Source: an uncultured Verrucomicrobiae bacterium
Lineage (GTDB): Bacteria > Verrucomicrobiota > Verrucomicrobiia > Chthoniobacterales > UBA10450
NCBI GenBank assembly: GCA_963735805.1
Contig: CAVTMK010000002.1
Span: 416,001 to 480,000, forward strand
Length of the DNA stretch: 64,000 nt
Reading direction: 5' to 3'
The position numbers were made by a program, and so were the translations under genes. Under the pieces are notes generated by a model. It saw only the letters and a list, made by a program, of their open reading frames with translations, was not told where the DNA came from and searched no databases. Shown here one piece after another: positions 8,899-19,051 of the stretch; position 1 is the first letter of the stretch, and each line of letters opens with the position of its first letter.

Positions 8899-11800
8899 AT
8901 TTTCCTGATCAGTTCCAAAATCTCTCCGAGCTGCTGCTCGATTTTGGTTCCAACTAAACGAGGGAATTTGCCCGCGACAAGTATAAAATCCCCACGCCGC
9001 GTCAGCATCAATTTTCGTTCCCGCACCTCAACCCGGCTGATCCCTGATTTTGCTGCGGCGAGCTTGATTTCGATGAGGTTAAACAAATTGTCAACCGCCG
9101 ACGGGAAGGGCCCAAAACGGTCCCGCCAGTCGCGTTGTAGACGATCCAATTGCTCATGCGCGGCGATTGCCGCCACATCGCGGTATGCGCGGATTCGCAG
9201 GGCAGGGTCGCTGATGTAAGTAGTTGGAATGAAGGCCGGAATGCGCTCCGATAGGGATGCTCCCCCAAACGCATGGGCAGACTGGACCCCGTCGCGCCTT
9301 GCCGGTGGCGCAATGTATTCCCCTTCGTTTGTGGCGACAAAATCCAGCTTCAAGTCGACATCCAGCCGAAACCGCACCTTTTCACCTTTCAGTTGTGCCA
9401 CAGCCTGCTTGAGCAGCTGGCAGTATAAATCGAAGCCGATCGCCACGATATGTCCGCTTTGAGCAGTGCCGAGAATGCTACCTGCGCCGCGAATCTCCAA
9501 ATCGCGCATGGCAATGCGAAAACCGGCGCCCAGCGAGCTGTACTGTTTGATGGCGCTGATCCGTTTGCGAGCTGCGCCAACGGTCATCATTTCGCGCGGA
9601 AGAAGCAGATAAGCGTACGCCTTGTGCTCGGCCCGTCCGACGCGCCCCCGTAGTTGATATAAATCGGCGAGACCAAACTGGTCCGCCCGGTCGATAATGA
9701 TCGTATTTGCGTTCGGTATGTCGAGGCCGCTTTCGATGATTGTGGTGCAAACAAGCACATCGGTTTTGCCGGCAATAAATCGCGCCATGACGCCTTCCAG
9801 TTCGTCGGCGTCCATCTGGCCGTGCCCAATCTCAACCCTGGCCTGCGGACAAAGATCGACAACCCGGTCCCGCACCCGCTCGATTGTCGCTACGCGATTG
9901 TGCAGGAAAAATACCTGTCCCTGTCGTTCCAGTTCGCGATCAATTGCGGCGCGAATTAGCCGCTCGTCATAAGCGGACACCACTGTTTCCACCGGTAAGC
10001 GGTTCAGCGGGGGCGTTTCGATCGTGGACATATCTTTTACGCCTACAAGCGAAAGATAAAGTGTGCGTGGAATCGGCGTAGCCGAGAGCGTTAGCACATC
10101 GACCAATTCGAACAGCTCTTTGAATTTTTCCTTGTGCAGCACCCCGAAGCGCTGCTCCTCGTCGATCACGACCAGACCGAGATCTTTGAACACGACGTCG
10201 CCCGAGATGAGACGATGAGTGCCAACGACAATATCGACGCCGCCCTCGCGCAGAAGCCGCAAGACTTTCTTCTGTTCGGATTGCGAACGAAAACGGCTAA
10301 GCATTTCGATGCGCACCGGGTAATCGAGCATGCGCTGCCGGAACACCTCGAAATGTTGCTGGGCAAGCACGGTAGTCGGCGCGAGCACAGCCACTTGTTT
10401 CCCCTCCATTACCGCCTTGAACGCAGCGCGCACAGCCACCTCGGTTTTTCCGAAACCGACGTCGCCGCAGATAAGGCGATCCATCGGTCGCGGACGTTCC
10501 ATGTCGATCTTCGTGTCGATGATCGCCTTCATTTGGTCCGGCGTTTCGCGAAACGGGAATGAATGTTCAAATTCCGCCTGCCATTTTGTGTCTGGGCCGA
10601 ATACGTGACCCGGATGCGTCTGGCGCTCTGCTTGAACAGCCAGCATTTTACCGGCGTAATCAAAAATGGAAGCTGCCGCTTTTATTTTGGCATGCGCCCA
10701 TTTTCCGTCGCCGAGCGAGCTGAGCTGCGGTGATTTTTTTCCTGCACCAACGTAGCGGGAGACGAGATATGCTTGCTCGAGTGGGACATACAGCTTCGCT
10801 TCATCTGCAAACTCGAGGGCAAGAACTTCCTGTTGTTCCTCCGGGTGAAGATCGCGGGGTCGAGCAAGGCCGTCAGTGACCCCAGGCATCGGTGCGACCG
10901 GCGGACGCGCTCTACCAATTCTTACCAGTCCCAGGAAACGGCCAATGCCGTGCTCAAGATGCACAACCAGGTCGTCCTCGTTGAGTTCGCTGAAATCGAT
11001 CTGGGCGCGGTGACGTTCCCCACGACGCAGGCGCCTGCGTCCGTGGGCCGCGAATCGCCCAAATAATTCCGCGGCCGAGAGGATGACGAGATTGGCGGCG
11101 GGAAAACAAAATCCGCGAGCAAGAATTCCTTCGACAAAATCAGCGCCCTCAATGCCATCTCCCATAATCTCGCGAAAGCGTTCAATTTCGCCTTCGGTCT
11201 GAAAATAAATGACGATTTTCGAGTCGTTCGCGTGCCATTCTTTTAAGCGTTCGACAAACTGCGCGCGTTTCGTCTCCGCGAGCACAAGGTCGCCAACGGC
11301 AAACTCTCCGACGTCACAGTCCTGAAATGCGCCGCTGAAATCTTCCGGGCCAGTCTCAATCCAGCCTTCACTGATCTGGATGTGCGCGTTCGAATTTTCT
11401 TCCGGTTCGATGTCCATTTTAAGGTCATCAGCACCGATGTAGTCGCGAACACGAGCGCCTTGATCCAGTGCTCCCTGGTCGAGCAAAATATCGACCGATC
11501 TTAGATCGCGTACTGAAGTTTGTGTATCGATGTCGAACTCACGCAGCGAGTCGATCTGATCTCCAAAAAATTCGAAACGAAAGGGTAATGGCGCCTGCCA
11601 CGAGTAAAGGTCGATAATGCCACCACGAACGGCGAATTGTCCACGAGTAGTCACTTGGGCCACCCGTTCATAACCGTTGGCCATCAGTTGTTCGAGAAGA
11701 CGCTCCATCTGTGCGGTTGCTCCACGCCGGAGCTGCGTGACCGCCGAGCCGAGCGTCCCGTGTCTCGGCGCGGTTTGATCGAGACTGGTACGCGTCGCAA

Positions 11801-12272
11801 CAACGATATGCGGACCGCGATCGCGCCCGATTTGCATGAGAACTGCCAGCCGTTCGGCAGCGATCTCCGGATCCGGCAGAACGTTTTCGACTGCTGCAAA
11901 CTCTGCTTCCGGCAGAAACAAGGCGTTTGGCTGCCAGTTAAGCAAGCTTTCGTAGAAGAGTTCCTGAGAATGGACGCTGGGACAAAGGATCCAAATCGTG
12001 GAAGCGACGTCCTCCCGATCGTCAGCTAAGAACCGATGGGAAGCGTCTGCGATTATGGCGGCCAGAAATGGCTGGGCTGGCTGGATAACGTGTGAAAACT
12101 GTACCGGCCATTGCGCTTCTCGTATTGCGCGAAGCTTGGTCGCGATGCGTTCGCTTGCCGCGACACGTTCCAGAAGCTTTATCCGGATCGGTTTTTCCAC
12201 TGCTGAGTTTACGCCAAATTCCGCGAGAGTTGTAGGCCGGTGTCTACGTTCTTGCGCCTTCGGCGATAGCAA
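8895..12272 (-). CDS. mfd: Transcription-repair coupling factor
   Basis: [42 protein letters not shown] and DLEIRGAG motifs; start codon uncertain. Confidence 0.97.
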   Translation of the reverse strand: MLSPKAQERRHRPTTLAEFGVNSAVEKPIRIKLLERVAASERIATKLRAIREAQWPVQFSHVIQPAQPFLAAIIADASHRFLADDREDVASTIWILCPSVHSQELFYESLLNWQPNALFLPEAEFAAVENVLPDPEIAAERLAVLMQIGRDRGPHIVVATRTSLDQTAPRHGTLGSAVTQLRRGATAQMERLLEQLMANGYERVAQVTTRGQFAVRGGIIDLYSWQAPLPFRFEFFGDQIDSLREFDIDTQTSVRDLRSVDILLDQGALDQGARVRDYIGADDLKMDIEPEENSNAHIQISEGWIETGPEDFSGAFQDCDVGEFAVGDLVLAETKRAQFVERLKEWHANDSKIVIYFQTEGEIERFREIMGDGIEGADFVEGILARGFCFPAANLVILSAAELFGRFAAHGRRRLRRGERHRAQIDFSELNEDDLVVHLEHGIGRFLGLVRIGRARPPVAPMPGVTDGLARPRDLHPEEQQEVLALEFADEAKLYVPLEQAYLVSRYVGAGKKSPQLSSLGDGKWAHAKIKAAASIFDYAGKMLAVQAERQTHPGHVFGPDTKWQAEFEHSFPFRETPDQMKAIIDTKIDMERPRPMDRLICGDVGFGKTEVAVRAAFKAVMEGKQVAVLAPTTVLAQQHFEVFRQRMLDYPVRIEMLSRFRSQSEQKKVLRLLREGGVDIVVGTHRLISGDVVFKDLGLVVIDEEQRFGVLHKEKFKELFELVDVLTLSATPIPRTLYLSLVGVKDMSTIETPPLNRLPVETVVSAYDERLIRAAIDRELERQGQVFFLHNRVATIERVRDRVVDLCPQARVEIGHGQMDADELEGVMARFIAGKTDVLVCTTIIESGLDIPNANTIIIDRADQFGLADLYQLRGRVGRAEHKAYAYLLLPREMMTVGAARKRISAIKQYSSLGAGFRIAMRDLEIRGAGSILGTAQSGHIVAIGFDLYCQLLKQAVAQLKGEKVRFRLDVDLKLDFVATNEGEYIAPPARRDGVQSAHAFGGASLSERIPAFIPTTYISDPALRIRAYRDVAAIAAHEQLDRLQRDWRDRFGPFPSAVDNLFNLIEIKLAAAKSGISRVEVRERKLMLTRRGDFILVAGKFPRLVGTKIEQQLGEILELIRKI

Positions 12273-12342
12273 CCGTTGCTTGCCAACGCGTTGAAGACAA
12301 CGCGTTCCACGTTAGGTGTATCGGATTCTCCGAAGACGATGC
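12238..12342. repeat. GGTGGA-type REP-like repeat cluster (degenerate)
   Basis: Contains gcgccttcggcg, aacgcgttgaagacaacgcgttccac and ggtgtatcggattctccgaagacgatg, matching parts of 16607-16698 and 14214-14245. Confidence 0.65.
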
Positions 12343-12354
12343 CCGGGCCGAATT

Positions 12355-13368
12355 CTACAACGCTCTGCCGACGGCCGAGGCGACGGCGCGAAGGCGCGGA
12401 ACGAGCTCGGCGAAAATCTCCGGCGTAAGCGCCTGGTTTCCATCGCTCTTGGCCATTTCAGGGGAATCGTGCACTTCGATCATCAGCGCGTCCGCGCCGG
12501 CGGCGACCGCGGCCAGACACATCTGAGGAACAAATTCCCGGAGACCCAGGGCGTGCGCCGGATCGACAATGACGGGCAGATGCGTTTTAGACTTCAAGAG
12601 TGGAACAGCGCTCAGATCGAGTGTGTAACGGGCCGCGGTCTCGAATGTGCGAATGCCGCGCTCGCAGAGGATCACGTTCGGATTGCCCTCGTTGAGAATG
12701 TATTCGGCGCTCATGATCAAATCATAAATCGTGGCGCTGAATCCGCGCTTGAGGAGCACGGGAAGTCTGCTGCGGCCCACTTCTTTCAACAGCGAGAAAT
12801 TGTGCATGTTGCGCGTGCCAACCTGAAGGCAGTCGGCGTACTTCTCGATCATCGGGAGATCGCGCGGATCCATGACTTCGGTAACTACCGGCAGGCCCGT
12901 TTTCGCGCGAGCCTCCGCGAGGAAGCGGAGTCCGTCTTCGCGTAATCCCTGAAAACTGTACGGCGAAGTGCGCGGTTTAAACGCGCCGCCGCGCAATATC
13001 TTTGCGCCGGATTCTTTCACGATCGAGGCGATCGACTGAATTTGCTCCTGGCTTTCCACCGAGCACGGGCCACAAATCAAAACAACATCTTCGTGTTCGC
13101 CCAGTCGAACGTCGCCCACTACGACCGAGGAGGCTCCTCGAGAATCTCGCGCCGCGAGTTTGTACGGCTTCAATACGGGGATGATCGCTTCCACGCCCGC
13201 CATTGCGGCAATCGGCTTTTCGCGAAGGAGCGCCTCTGGTCCGATCACGCCGATGATTACGCGCGATGCGCCTCGGCTAATCTGTGCTTCCAACCCAAAC
13301 TCGCGTACCCGTGTGACGATCCGTTGGATCTGTTCTTCGGTGGCGGTGGGTTGCGTGATGACGATCAT
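12355..13368 (-). CDS. aroF: DAHP synthase, type I-beta with N-terminal regulatory domain
   Basis: [28 protein letters not shown] and CERGIRTFE motifs. Confidence 0.93.
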   Translation of the reverse strand: MIVITQPTATEEQIQRIVTRVREFGLEAQISRGASRVIIGVIGPEALLREKPIAAMAGVEAIIPVLKPYKLAARDSRGASSVVVGDVRLGEHEDVVLICGPCSVESQEQIQSIASIVKESGAKILRGGAFKPRTSPYSFQGLREDGLRFLAEARAKTGLPVVTEVMDPRDLPMIEKYADCLQVGTRNMHNFSLLKEVGRSRLPVLLKRGFSATIYDLIMSAEYILNEGNPNVILCERGIRTFETAARYTLDLSAVPLLKSKTHLPVIVDPAHALGLREFVPQMCLAAVAAGADALMIEVHDSPEMAKSDGNQALTPEIFAELVPRLRAVASAVGRAL

Positions 13369-13446
13369 ATTCTTTGCAGAGGAATTATCAGAATGACGCG
13401 CCCCGGAATCTTCTGCAAGCCCAGATACGAGCCGCTCACGAGAGGC

Positions 13447-14055
13447 CTAATTCGTGATTGTGACGGGCGTTCCGACTGAGACTGATTTGAAGAAATCCAC
13501 AGCCATAAATTCGGGCATTCGGATGCAACCGTGCGAAGCGGGATAACCGGGAAGATAACCGGCGTGCATGCCGAAGCCGGGAGCGATCTGCATGTAGTAG
13601 GGCATGGACGCGCCTTTGTAATGAGTGCCGGGCGGTTTCGGATCCTTACCCAGCTCGATGTTGGGCATCACCACGTTCCCCGCGTCGTCCACATAATCGC
13701 CGTAGAGACTCGAAGCGTGATCCACATCTTTTCCGATGATTCGATACTTGCCGGGCGACGTGTTCTTGCCTTCACGGCCTGTCGACAATTGCGAAACACC
13801 GACCAGCTCGCCGCCCTTGTAAAAATACGCGCGCTGTTCGCCGAGACTAATCTTAATGGAGGGGCTTCCGCTTGCGTGATCGCCGTCCCAATACGAGACA
13901 GTGTCGCGCGGTGGACCGGCCGGCGCTTCACCGTAAACGCCGCCCAAATACTGCGTGTTGCCGGCATAACGGGCGTCCTCACCGCAACCCGCGACCAGCC
14001 AGACGAGACCAATAGAGACAATTACCCGCAAAAAACCCAACAAGGAATGATGCAT
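13447..14055 (-). CDS. L,D-transpeptidase (YkuD family) lipoprotein
   Basis: Lipobox LVAGC; GMHAG...SHGCIR catalytic motif. Confidence 0.9.
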   Translation of the reverse strand: MHHSLLGFLRVIVSIGLVWLVAGCGEDARYAGNTQYLGGVYGEAPAGPPRDTVSYWDGDHASGSPSIKISLGEQRAYFYKGGELVGVSQLSTGREGKNTSPGKYRIIGKDVDHASSLYGDYVDDAGNVVMPNIELGKDPKPPGTHYKGASMPYYMQIAPGFGMHAGYLPGYPASHGCIRMPEFMAVDFFKSVSVGTPVTITN

Positions 14056-14194
14056 AGTTTCGACGGCGTTCTTAATGCGCAACCTGCGCAAAAAGTCAAG
14101 CGGTTGGGTCGCCACGCGGCGACGTACGCGGACATGGCAGCGCGATGTCCGCACCTCTACGAATGAGCCACGTAGTCGTTGACCGTCTAGCGAT

Positions 14195-14384
14195 TGTCAT
14201 CCTGGCCCTAGGAAGGTGGATCGGCTTCTCCTGAAGACGATGAGATGGCCACTCGCCGAAGGCGCAAATGTCAGGTGACAAAGCCGCAGACAACGAGGGG
14301 ACTCACACAAGCGTTGTCGATTACTTAATGAAACTCGAGTGATCAGCGAAGACTGTGAGGTCCTTCGCTTCGCTCAGGATCACA
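14195..14384. repeat. TGTCA-type inverted-repeat element with a nested GGTGGA-type repeat fragment
   Basis: Left arm tgtcatcctg|agccgc...actcaca, right arm tgtgaggtccttcgcttcgctcaggatcaca; left arm interrupted at ~14205-14281. Confidence 0.65.
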
Positions 14385-14392
14385 GGGTGCTT

Positions 14393-16570
14393 TCATCTCG
14401 CGGCGCACCATTGATCCACCCAGTCGTTTACGGTTTTGTACCAGAGCTGGCTGTTCTGCGGCTTGAGCACCCAGTGTCCTTCGTCCGGGAAATACAACAT
14501 CTTCGACGGGACCTTCAGGACTTGGAGCGTGGTGAAAAGGTCGAACCCCTGCGACACATCAAGCCGATAGTCGTTCTGGCCGTGCACGACCAGCGTCGGT
14601 GTTTTGAAATTCTGTGCGTACTCGTGCGGCGACCATTTCCTGTAAACGTCCCGTTTTTTCCAGGGCGGACCGCCGAATTCCCAGTTCATAAACCAAAGCT
14701 CCTCCGTCGTGCCGTACGCAGACTCCGCGTTAAACGTGCCGTCGTGCGACACGATACATTTGAAGCGATCCGTGTGGCCTAACAACCAGTTCGCCATGTA
14801 ACCGCCGTAGCTCGCGCCGAGCGCCGCCTCGCGATTCTGATCGATGAACGGATAGGTTTTCTCCACGTAATCGAGTCCCTTCATCAGATCGACATACGGT
14901 TTCCCGCCCCAATCGCCGCTAATGGAATCGGTAAACTTCTGCCCGTAACCGGTCGAGCCGTGGAAATTGATCATCACCACCACGTAACCGCCAGGCTCGC
15001 GAACGCTTTCGGGGTTTCCCATCGCGGCGAACAACTCCGCGTTCCAGCGATACGACCAGGAATTTCCCCAAGCCCCTTGCGGGCCGCCATGGAGCAAAAA
15101 TTTTAGTGGATATTTTTTGTTCGGATCGAATCTCGGCGGTTTAACGATGAATCCCTGCACGTCGTCGTTGTTTGCGCCTTTGAACGTGAACGATTCCAAC
15201 GTCTGCATGTCGATCTGCGACAACAGTGTGTCGTTCATGTGGGTGACTGCGCGACTTACCGGTTTGACTTGGTGTTCGACCACGCTGTCATCTACCCGCC
15301 AAATCTCGTTAGGCGCTTGCGCCGACATGCGCGTGAAAAAAACCCGCCAGTTGGGCTCGATCGAGATCGCTAGATCATCAGCGTGCAGATTCGGCGCGAA
15401 TTCCATCGGCTGCTTGTCGTAAAGCACAAGCTGCCAAATGGGTGATTGCCCATGATCTTCAGCCGTTAGAAAAAACGCGCGCGAATCTGGCCGCCAAACA
15501 AAGCTGCCAACCGAACGATCCCAGCTCGCTGTTGCGCTCTTCGTTTCACCGGTTGCTTTGTAGTACACCAAGAGATTCCATTTGTCGGCTTCGAATCCTG
15601 CGCGCGCCTGCGACCGCCAAGCTATCGCATTCCCGTCCGGCGAATAAAGTGGCGTGGTGTCAGAGCCGGGACTGGCGGAAATTTTCTTTGGCGTGCCACC
15701 GCTGATCGGCACGATGAAAATTTCGTTGTTCGTGCTGGTCGCTTCGACTTCATCGATGTTCGACGTGTAAGCGACTTCCTGGCCGTCCGGCGAAATCGCG
15801 TACATGTCCTGACCGCCTAACGAGAACGGCGGCACGTCGTGATCGCCCGGGGTGAGATCGCGCGCGGTGTTCGAACTCTTCTGTAGTGGCAGCCGTGCCG
15901 GCTGCGATTCTGGAGATGAAGCAGGCGGCACGCCTGCCTCCACAGTTGCGTCGGCTGGAACCACAAACAAATGGCTGCGCTTGAACTCCGTGAACGCGTT
16001 CCAGTGGCGATAGAATAAACGGGAAAAGATTTTTGCTTTCACTTTGCTCTTCTTCAGCTCTTCGTCGCGTTGCTTGTTGCACGCATCATCTTTGCAATCC
16101 GGAAACACCGCCGAAACGAACACGATGTTCTTTCCATCAGGCGACCAGATAGCCCCGTCGGCGCCGGTTGAAATCGATGTGACCTGGTGCGGTTTTCCAG
16201 TCAGCTGTCCGCTGTCTGAATTGAAATCGCACATCCAGAGTTGAGTCGGATCGGTTGCTTTCGACGTCCAGATCAAGCGTTTGCCGTCAGGCGAAAACCG
16301 CGGACGCTCCTCGTGATTCGGCGTTGGGTTCAATCGACGCGATTCACCGCCGCTGGCCGGCACGATCCACAAATGCGAAATTCTGGTGTTCGCTTCCAGA
16401 TCAACATCAACGCAGTCGAATACGACCCATTTGCCATCCGGGGACGGCACCGGCGCGCCGACGCGCTTGAGTTTCATCATCTCCTCGAAGGTAAACGGAC
16501 GCTTCACGTTTTGGGCAAATACTGAACTGGCGAGAACAAGGCTAATTGCGGCGAGAATCTTCCAATGCAT
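14393..16570 (-). CDS. S9 family (prolyl oligopeptidase/dipeptidyl peptidase-like) secreted peptidase
   Basis: Signal peptide, SPDG propeller repeats, HGGPQG, GASYGGY nucleophile motif, DYRL and DEGHW. Confidence 0.95.
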   Translation of the reverse strand: MHWKILAAISLVLASSVFAQNVKRPFTFEEMMKLKRVGAPVPSPDGKWVVFDCVDVDLEANTRISHLWIVPASGGESRRLNPTPNHEERPRFSPDGKRLIWTSKATDPTQLWMCDFNSDSGQLTGKPHQVTSISTGADGAIWSPDGKNIVFVSAVFPDCKDDACNKQRDEELKKSKVKAKIFSRLFYRHWNAFTEFKRSHLFVVPADATVEAGVPPASSPESQPARLPLQKSSNTARDLTPGDHDVPPFSLGGQDMYAISPDGQEVAYTSNIDEVEATSTNNEIFIVPISGGTPKKISASPGSDTTPLYSPDGNAIAWRSQARAGFEADKWNLLVYYKATGETKSATASWDRSVGSFVWRPDSRAFFLTAEDHGQSPIWQLVLYDKQPMEFAPNLHADDLAISIEPNWRVFFTRMSAQAPNEIWRVDDSVVEHQVKPVSRAVTHMNDTLLSQIDMQTLESFTFKGANNDDVQGFIVKPPRFDPNKKYPLKFLLHGGPQGAWGNSWSYRWNAELFAAMGNPESVREPGGYVVVMINFHGSTGYGQKFTDSISGDWGGKPYVDLMKGLDYVEKTYPFIDQNREAALGASYGGYMANWLLGHTDRFKCIVSHDGTFNAESAYGTTEELWFMNWEFGGPPWKKRDVYRKWSPHEYAQNFKTPTLVVHGQNDYRLDVSQGFDLFTTLQVLKVPSKMLYFPDEGHWVLKPQNSQLWYKTVNDWVDQWCAAR
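15881..15945. repeat. GTAG-type palindromic repeat inside the S9 peptidase CDS
   Basis: ctgtagtggcagccgtgccggctg...gcaggcggcacgcctgcctccacag, nearly identical to the intergenic copy at 25841-25907. Confidence 0.85.
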
Positions 16571-16606
16571 AGAATTTCATATTGTGCTGAAACGCGCTAT
16601 AAATCG

Positions 16607-16698
16607 AGGTGGATCGGCTCGCCGCGGCGGGACGATGCCAAATGTTTGTGCCTTCGGCGCCTGAATTAACATCGCGTTGAGGACAACGCGATCCACCT
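16607..16698. repeat. GGTGGA-type REP doublet
   Basis: 10-bp perfect terminal inverted repeat aggtggatcg / cgatccacct; internal hairpin cgcgttgaggacaacgcg. Confidence 0.8.
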
Positions 16699-16710
16699 TA
16701 GAATGCAGGC

Positions 16711-16926
16711 ATGGCCCAAGTAACAATCGAAACAATCAAGAACGGTCCTTACGTCGTGACAGGAGAAGTCGAGTTGATCGACACAGACGGAAACAAGTTT
16801 CCGGTGGAAAAACGAATGGCGCTTTGTCGTTGCGGCGCATCGACTGAGAAACCTTTTTGCGACGGAACGCATTCGAAGGTCGGCTTTCAAGCCGCTGAGA
16901 AAGCTGTGCCGGAGTCAAAAGAATAA
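16711..16926 (+). CDS. CDGSH iron-sulfur domain protein
   Basis: NGPY...LCRCGAS.EKPFCDGTH. Confidence 0.93.
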   Translation: MAQVTIETIKNGPYVVTGEVELIDTDGNKFPVEKRMALCRCGASTEKPFCDGTHSKVGFQAAEKAVPESKE

Positions 16927-16931
16927 TCTTT

Positions 16932-16960
16932 TGTCATTCCGAGCGGAGTCGAGGAATCTC
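16932..16960 (+). repeat. TGTCA-type palindromic repeat
   Basis: tgtcattccgagcggagtcgaggaatctc in a 39-nt intergenic gap. Confidence 0.75.
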
Positions 16961-16965
16961 TAATT

Positions 16966-18369
16966 GTGAAACGTAAAGCGGTTATAGCTATCACGCTCGG
17001 ATTCGTCGCTGCGGCGAGTATTCGCGCCGAAAAGATTTCGCTCGTTGGCGGTACGGTAATCAATCCCGCGGACGGCAAAGTTTTGCCGAATGCGACCGTG
17101 GTGATCGACGGGGATAAGATCGAACGCGTCGCGATGGGCAGGCAAGACGCGGCCTCGCTAGGGAAGCAGATCGCTTGTGTCGGCAAATTCATTCTGCCGG
17201 GGTACATCGACACGCACGTTCACTTCTTTCAATCCGGCGACCTGTTTACGCGGCCCGACGGCGCCGATCTAAACGGTGTTCGTCCCTACAAAGACGAAGT
17301 TGCCTGGATCAAGAGTCATTTAAACGACGTTTTCCAGCGCTATCTGCGGTGCGGAATCACCAGTGTTGTCGATGTGGGCGGACCATTTTGGAATTTCGAG
17401 GTCCGCAAGACCGCGAATGAAACGGCGAAAGCGCCGCGAGTCGCGGTGGCTGGTCCGTTGATCTCCAGTGTCTCGCGCGAAAAACTCGATCTTGGCGATC
17501 CACCGATTGTCAAAATCGATACACCGGATCAAGCGCGAGAGTTCGTGAGGAAACTCGCGCTGCAAAAGCCGGATCTGGTAAAGATTTGGTACATCGTCGA
17601 TAAAGATCACCCTGTTGAAAGTTTCCGGCCGATCGTGCGCGCGACGATTGAAGAAAGTCACGCGCACAAAATTCGGGTGGCTGTTCACGCGACCGAGCTG
17701 GAAACGGCGCGCGCGGCGGTCGAAGAAGGGGCGGATGTGCTCGTCCACAGCGTGACCGACAAACCGGTCGATGATGCGTTTGTGAAGCTATTGAAAGATC
17801 GGCACACGATTTTGTGTCCAACACTTGTGGTTTTTGAACGCTATGGCCGCACATTTTCTCATCAATTAAATCTTACCCTTGAAGAGCAAAAATGGGGTAA
17901 TCCCGAAGTCATCGCATCGCTCGATGTCACAAAAATCCCGCAGGACAAATTGCCGCAAAGGATCAAGGACGCTCTTGCGAAACCGGATGACGTATTAAAC
18001 CGAATCAAGAAAACTTACGATGTTGCACTGCCAAATTTGAAGAGACTGGAAGGTGCAGGGATCACCATTGCGGCCGGCACAGACGCGGGAAACATCGGAA
18101 CGATCCACGGACCTGCGCTCTTCCGGGAGTTTCAGCTGATGAAAGAAGCCGGCCTGACGCCAATGCAAATTCTTCAATGCGCCACTGCCAATGCGGCGAA
18201 ACTTTTTGACGGCGAGATTGGCGCGCACATTGGCAAGATCGAAGACGGATATTTCGCGGACCTCGTTGTTCTCAATTCGAATCCGCTAGAGGACATCACG
18301 CACGCTTCCGATATCGACATGGTCATCAAAAACGGCGTTGTTTATCCGGCTGATTCCATTTTGCAATAA
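16966..18369 (+). CDS. Secreted metal-dependent amidohydrolase
   Basis: Signal peptide, PGYIDTHVH, AVHA, AGTDAGN and ADLVVL motifs. Confidence 0.9.
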   Translation: MKRKAVIAITLGFVAAASIRAEKISLVGGTVINPADGKVLPNATVVIDGDKIERVAMGRQDAASLGKQIACVGKFILPGYIDTHVHFFQSGDLFTRPDGADLNGVRPYKDEVAWIKSHLNDVFQRYLRCGITSVVDVGGPFWNFEVRKTANETAKAPRVAVAGPLISSVSREKLDLGDPPIVKIDTPDQAREFVRKLALQKPDLVKIWYIVDKDHPVESFRPIVRATIEESHAHKIRVAVHATELETARAAVEEGADVLVHSVTDKPVDDAFVKLLKDRHTILCPTLVVFERYGRTFSHQLNLTLEEQKWGNPEVIASLDVTKIPQDKLPQRIKDALAKPDDVLNRIKKTYDVALPNLKRLEGAGITIAAGTDAGNIGTIHGPALFREFQLMKEAGLTPMQILQCATANAAKLFDGEIGAHIGKIEDGYFADLVVLNSNPLEDITHASDIDMVIKNGVVYPADSILQ

Positions 18370-18446
18370 TGGACGGAACCTGAAGGCGTTTCCGGACGGG
18401 CCCCGATGTTTGCAGCCAACACGGCTGCTCCTACATTTAGAGTGTT

Positions 18447-19028
18447 GTGCCTTCACTAGTGCTGGCATCCAGTTCGCCGAGACGCGCCACATTGCTCAAC
18501 GAGGGTGGGTTCCAATTTGAAATCGCCTTGCCGCGCGTCGCAGAAAAATTCAGTACGACCCTTACGTTGCGCGAGCTCACGCTCTGGAACGCTATTCGAA
18601 AGGGAATGTCTATTGCGCAAACGCGACCCGACGCTGTCGTGCTTGCGGCCGACACGCTGGTTTCGCTGGAGAATCAAATCATCGGTAAGCCCGTGGATTT
18701 GGATGATGCTGCCCGGATCCTTCAGCGTCTGAGCGGACGAACGCACGAGGTTTGTTCTGCCGTTGCAATTTATCAGCAGACTGCGGGCAGATCGGCGGTT
18801 TTTCATGAAAGCTCGCACGTCCGTTTTCACCGGCTGAGCGACGCAACGATCGAGAGTTATCTTGCGAAAGTGCGGCCCCTGGACAAGGCCGGCGCCTACG
18901 CTGCGCAGGGAAAAGGCACAGAAATCATTGCAAAAATCGAAGGCTCATTCACAAACGTTGTTGGTCTTCCAATGGAGAAAACCGTCGCGGAACTGGCCAA
19001 ATTTGGCATCCGTCCCAAATCGGCCTAA
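18447..19028 (+). CDS. maf: Maf family nucleotide pyrophosphatase
   Basis: LASSSPRR, ADTLV, GKP, DKAGAY and NVVGLP motifs. Confidence 0.93.
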   Translation: MPSLVLASSSPRRATLLNEGGFQFEIALPRVAEKFSTTLTLRELTLWNAIRKGMSIAQTRPDAVVLAADTLVSLENQIIGKPVDLDDAARILQRLSGRTHEVCSAVAIYQQTAGRSAVFHESSHVRFHRLSDATIESYLAKVRPLDKAGAYAAQGKGTEIIAKIEGSFTNVVGLPMEKTVAELAKFGIRPKSA

Positions 19029-19051
19029 CGAATCAAGCCAATCGGCAAGAT

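Noticed and set aside
14238..14280. Glycine riboswitch-like string (cgccgaaggcgcaa...tcagg)
   Set aside because: It is on the strand opposite both neighbouring genes, lacks the GGAGA element, and the same sequence occurs as an internal part of the GGTGGA repeat family (12251, 16645).
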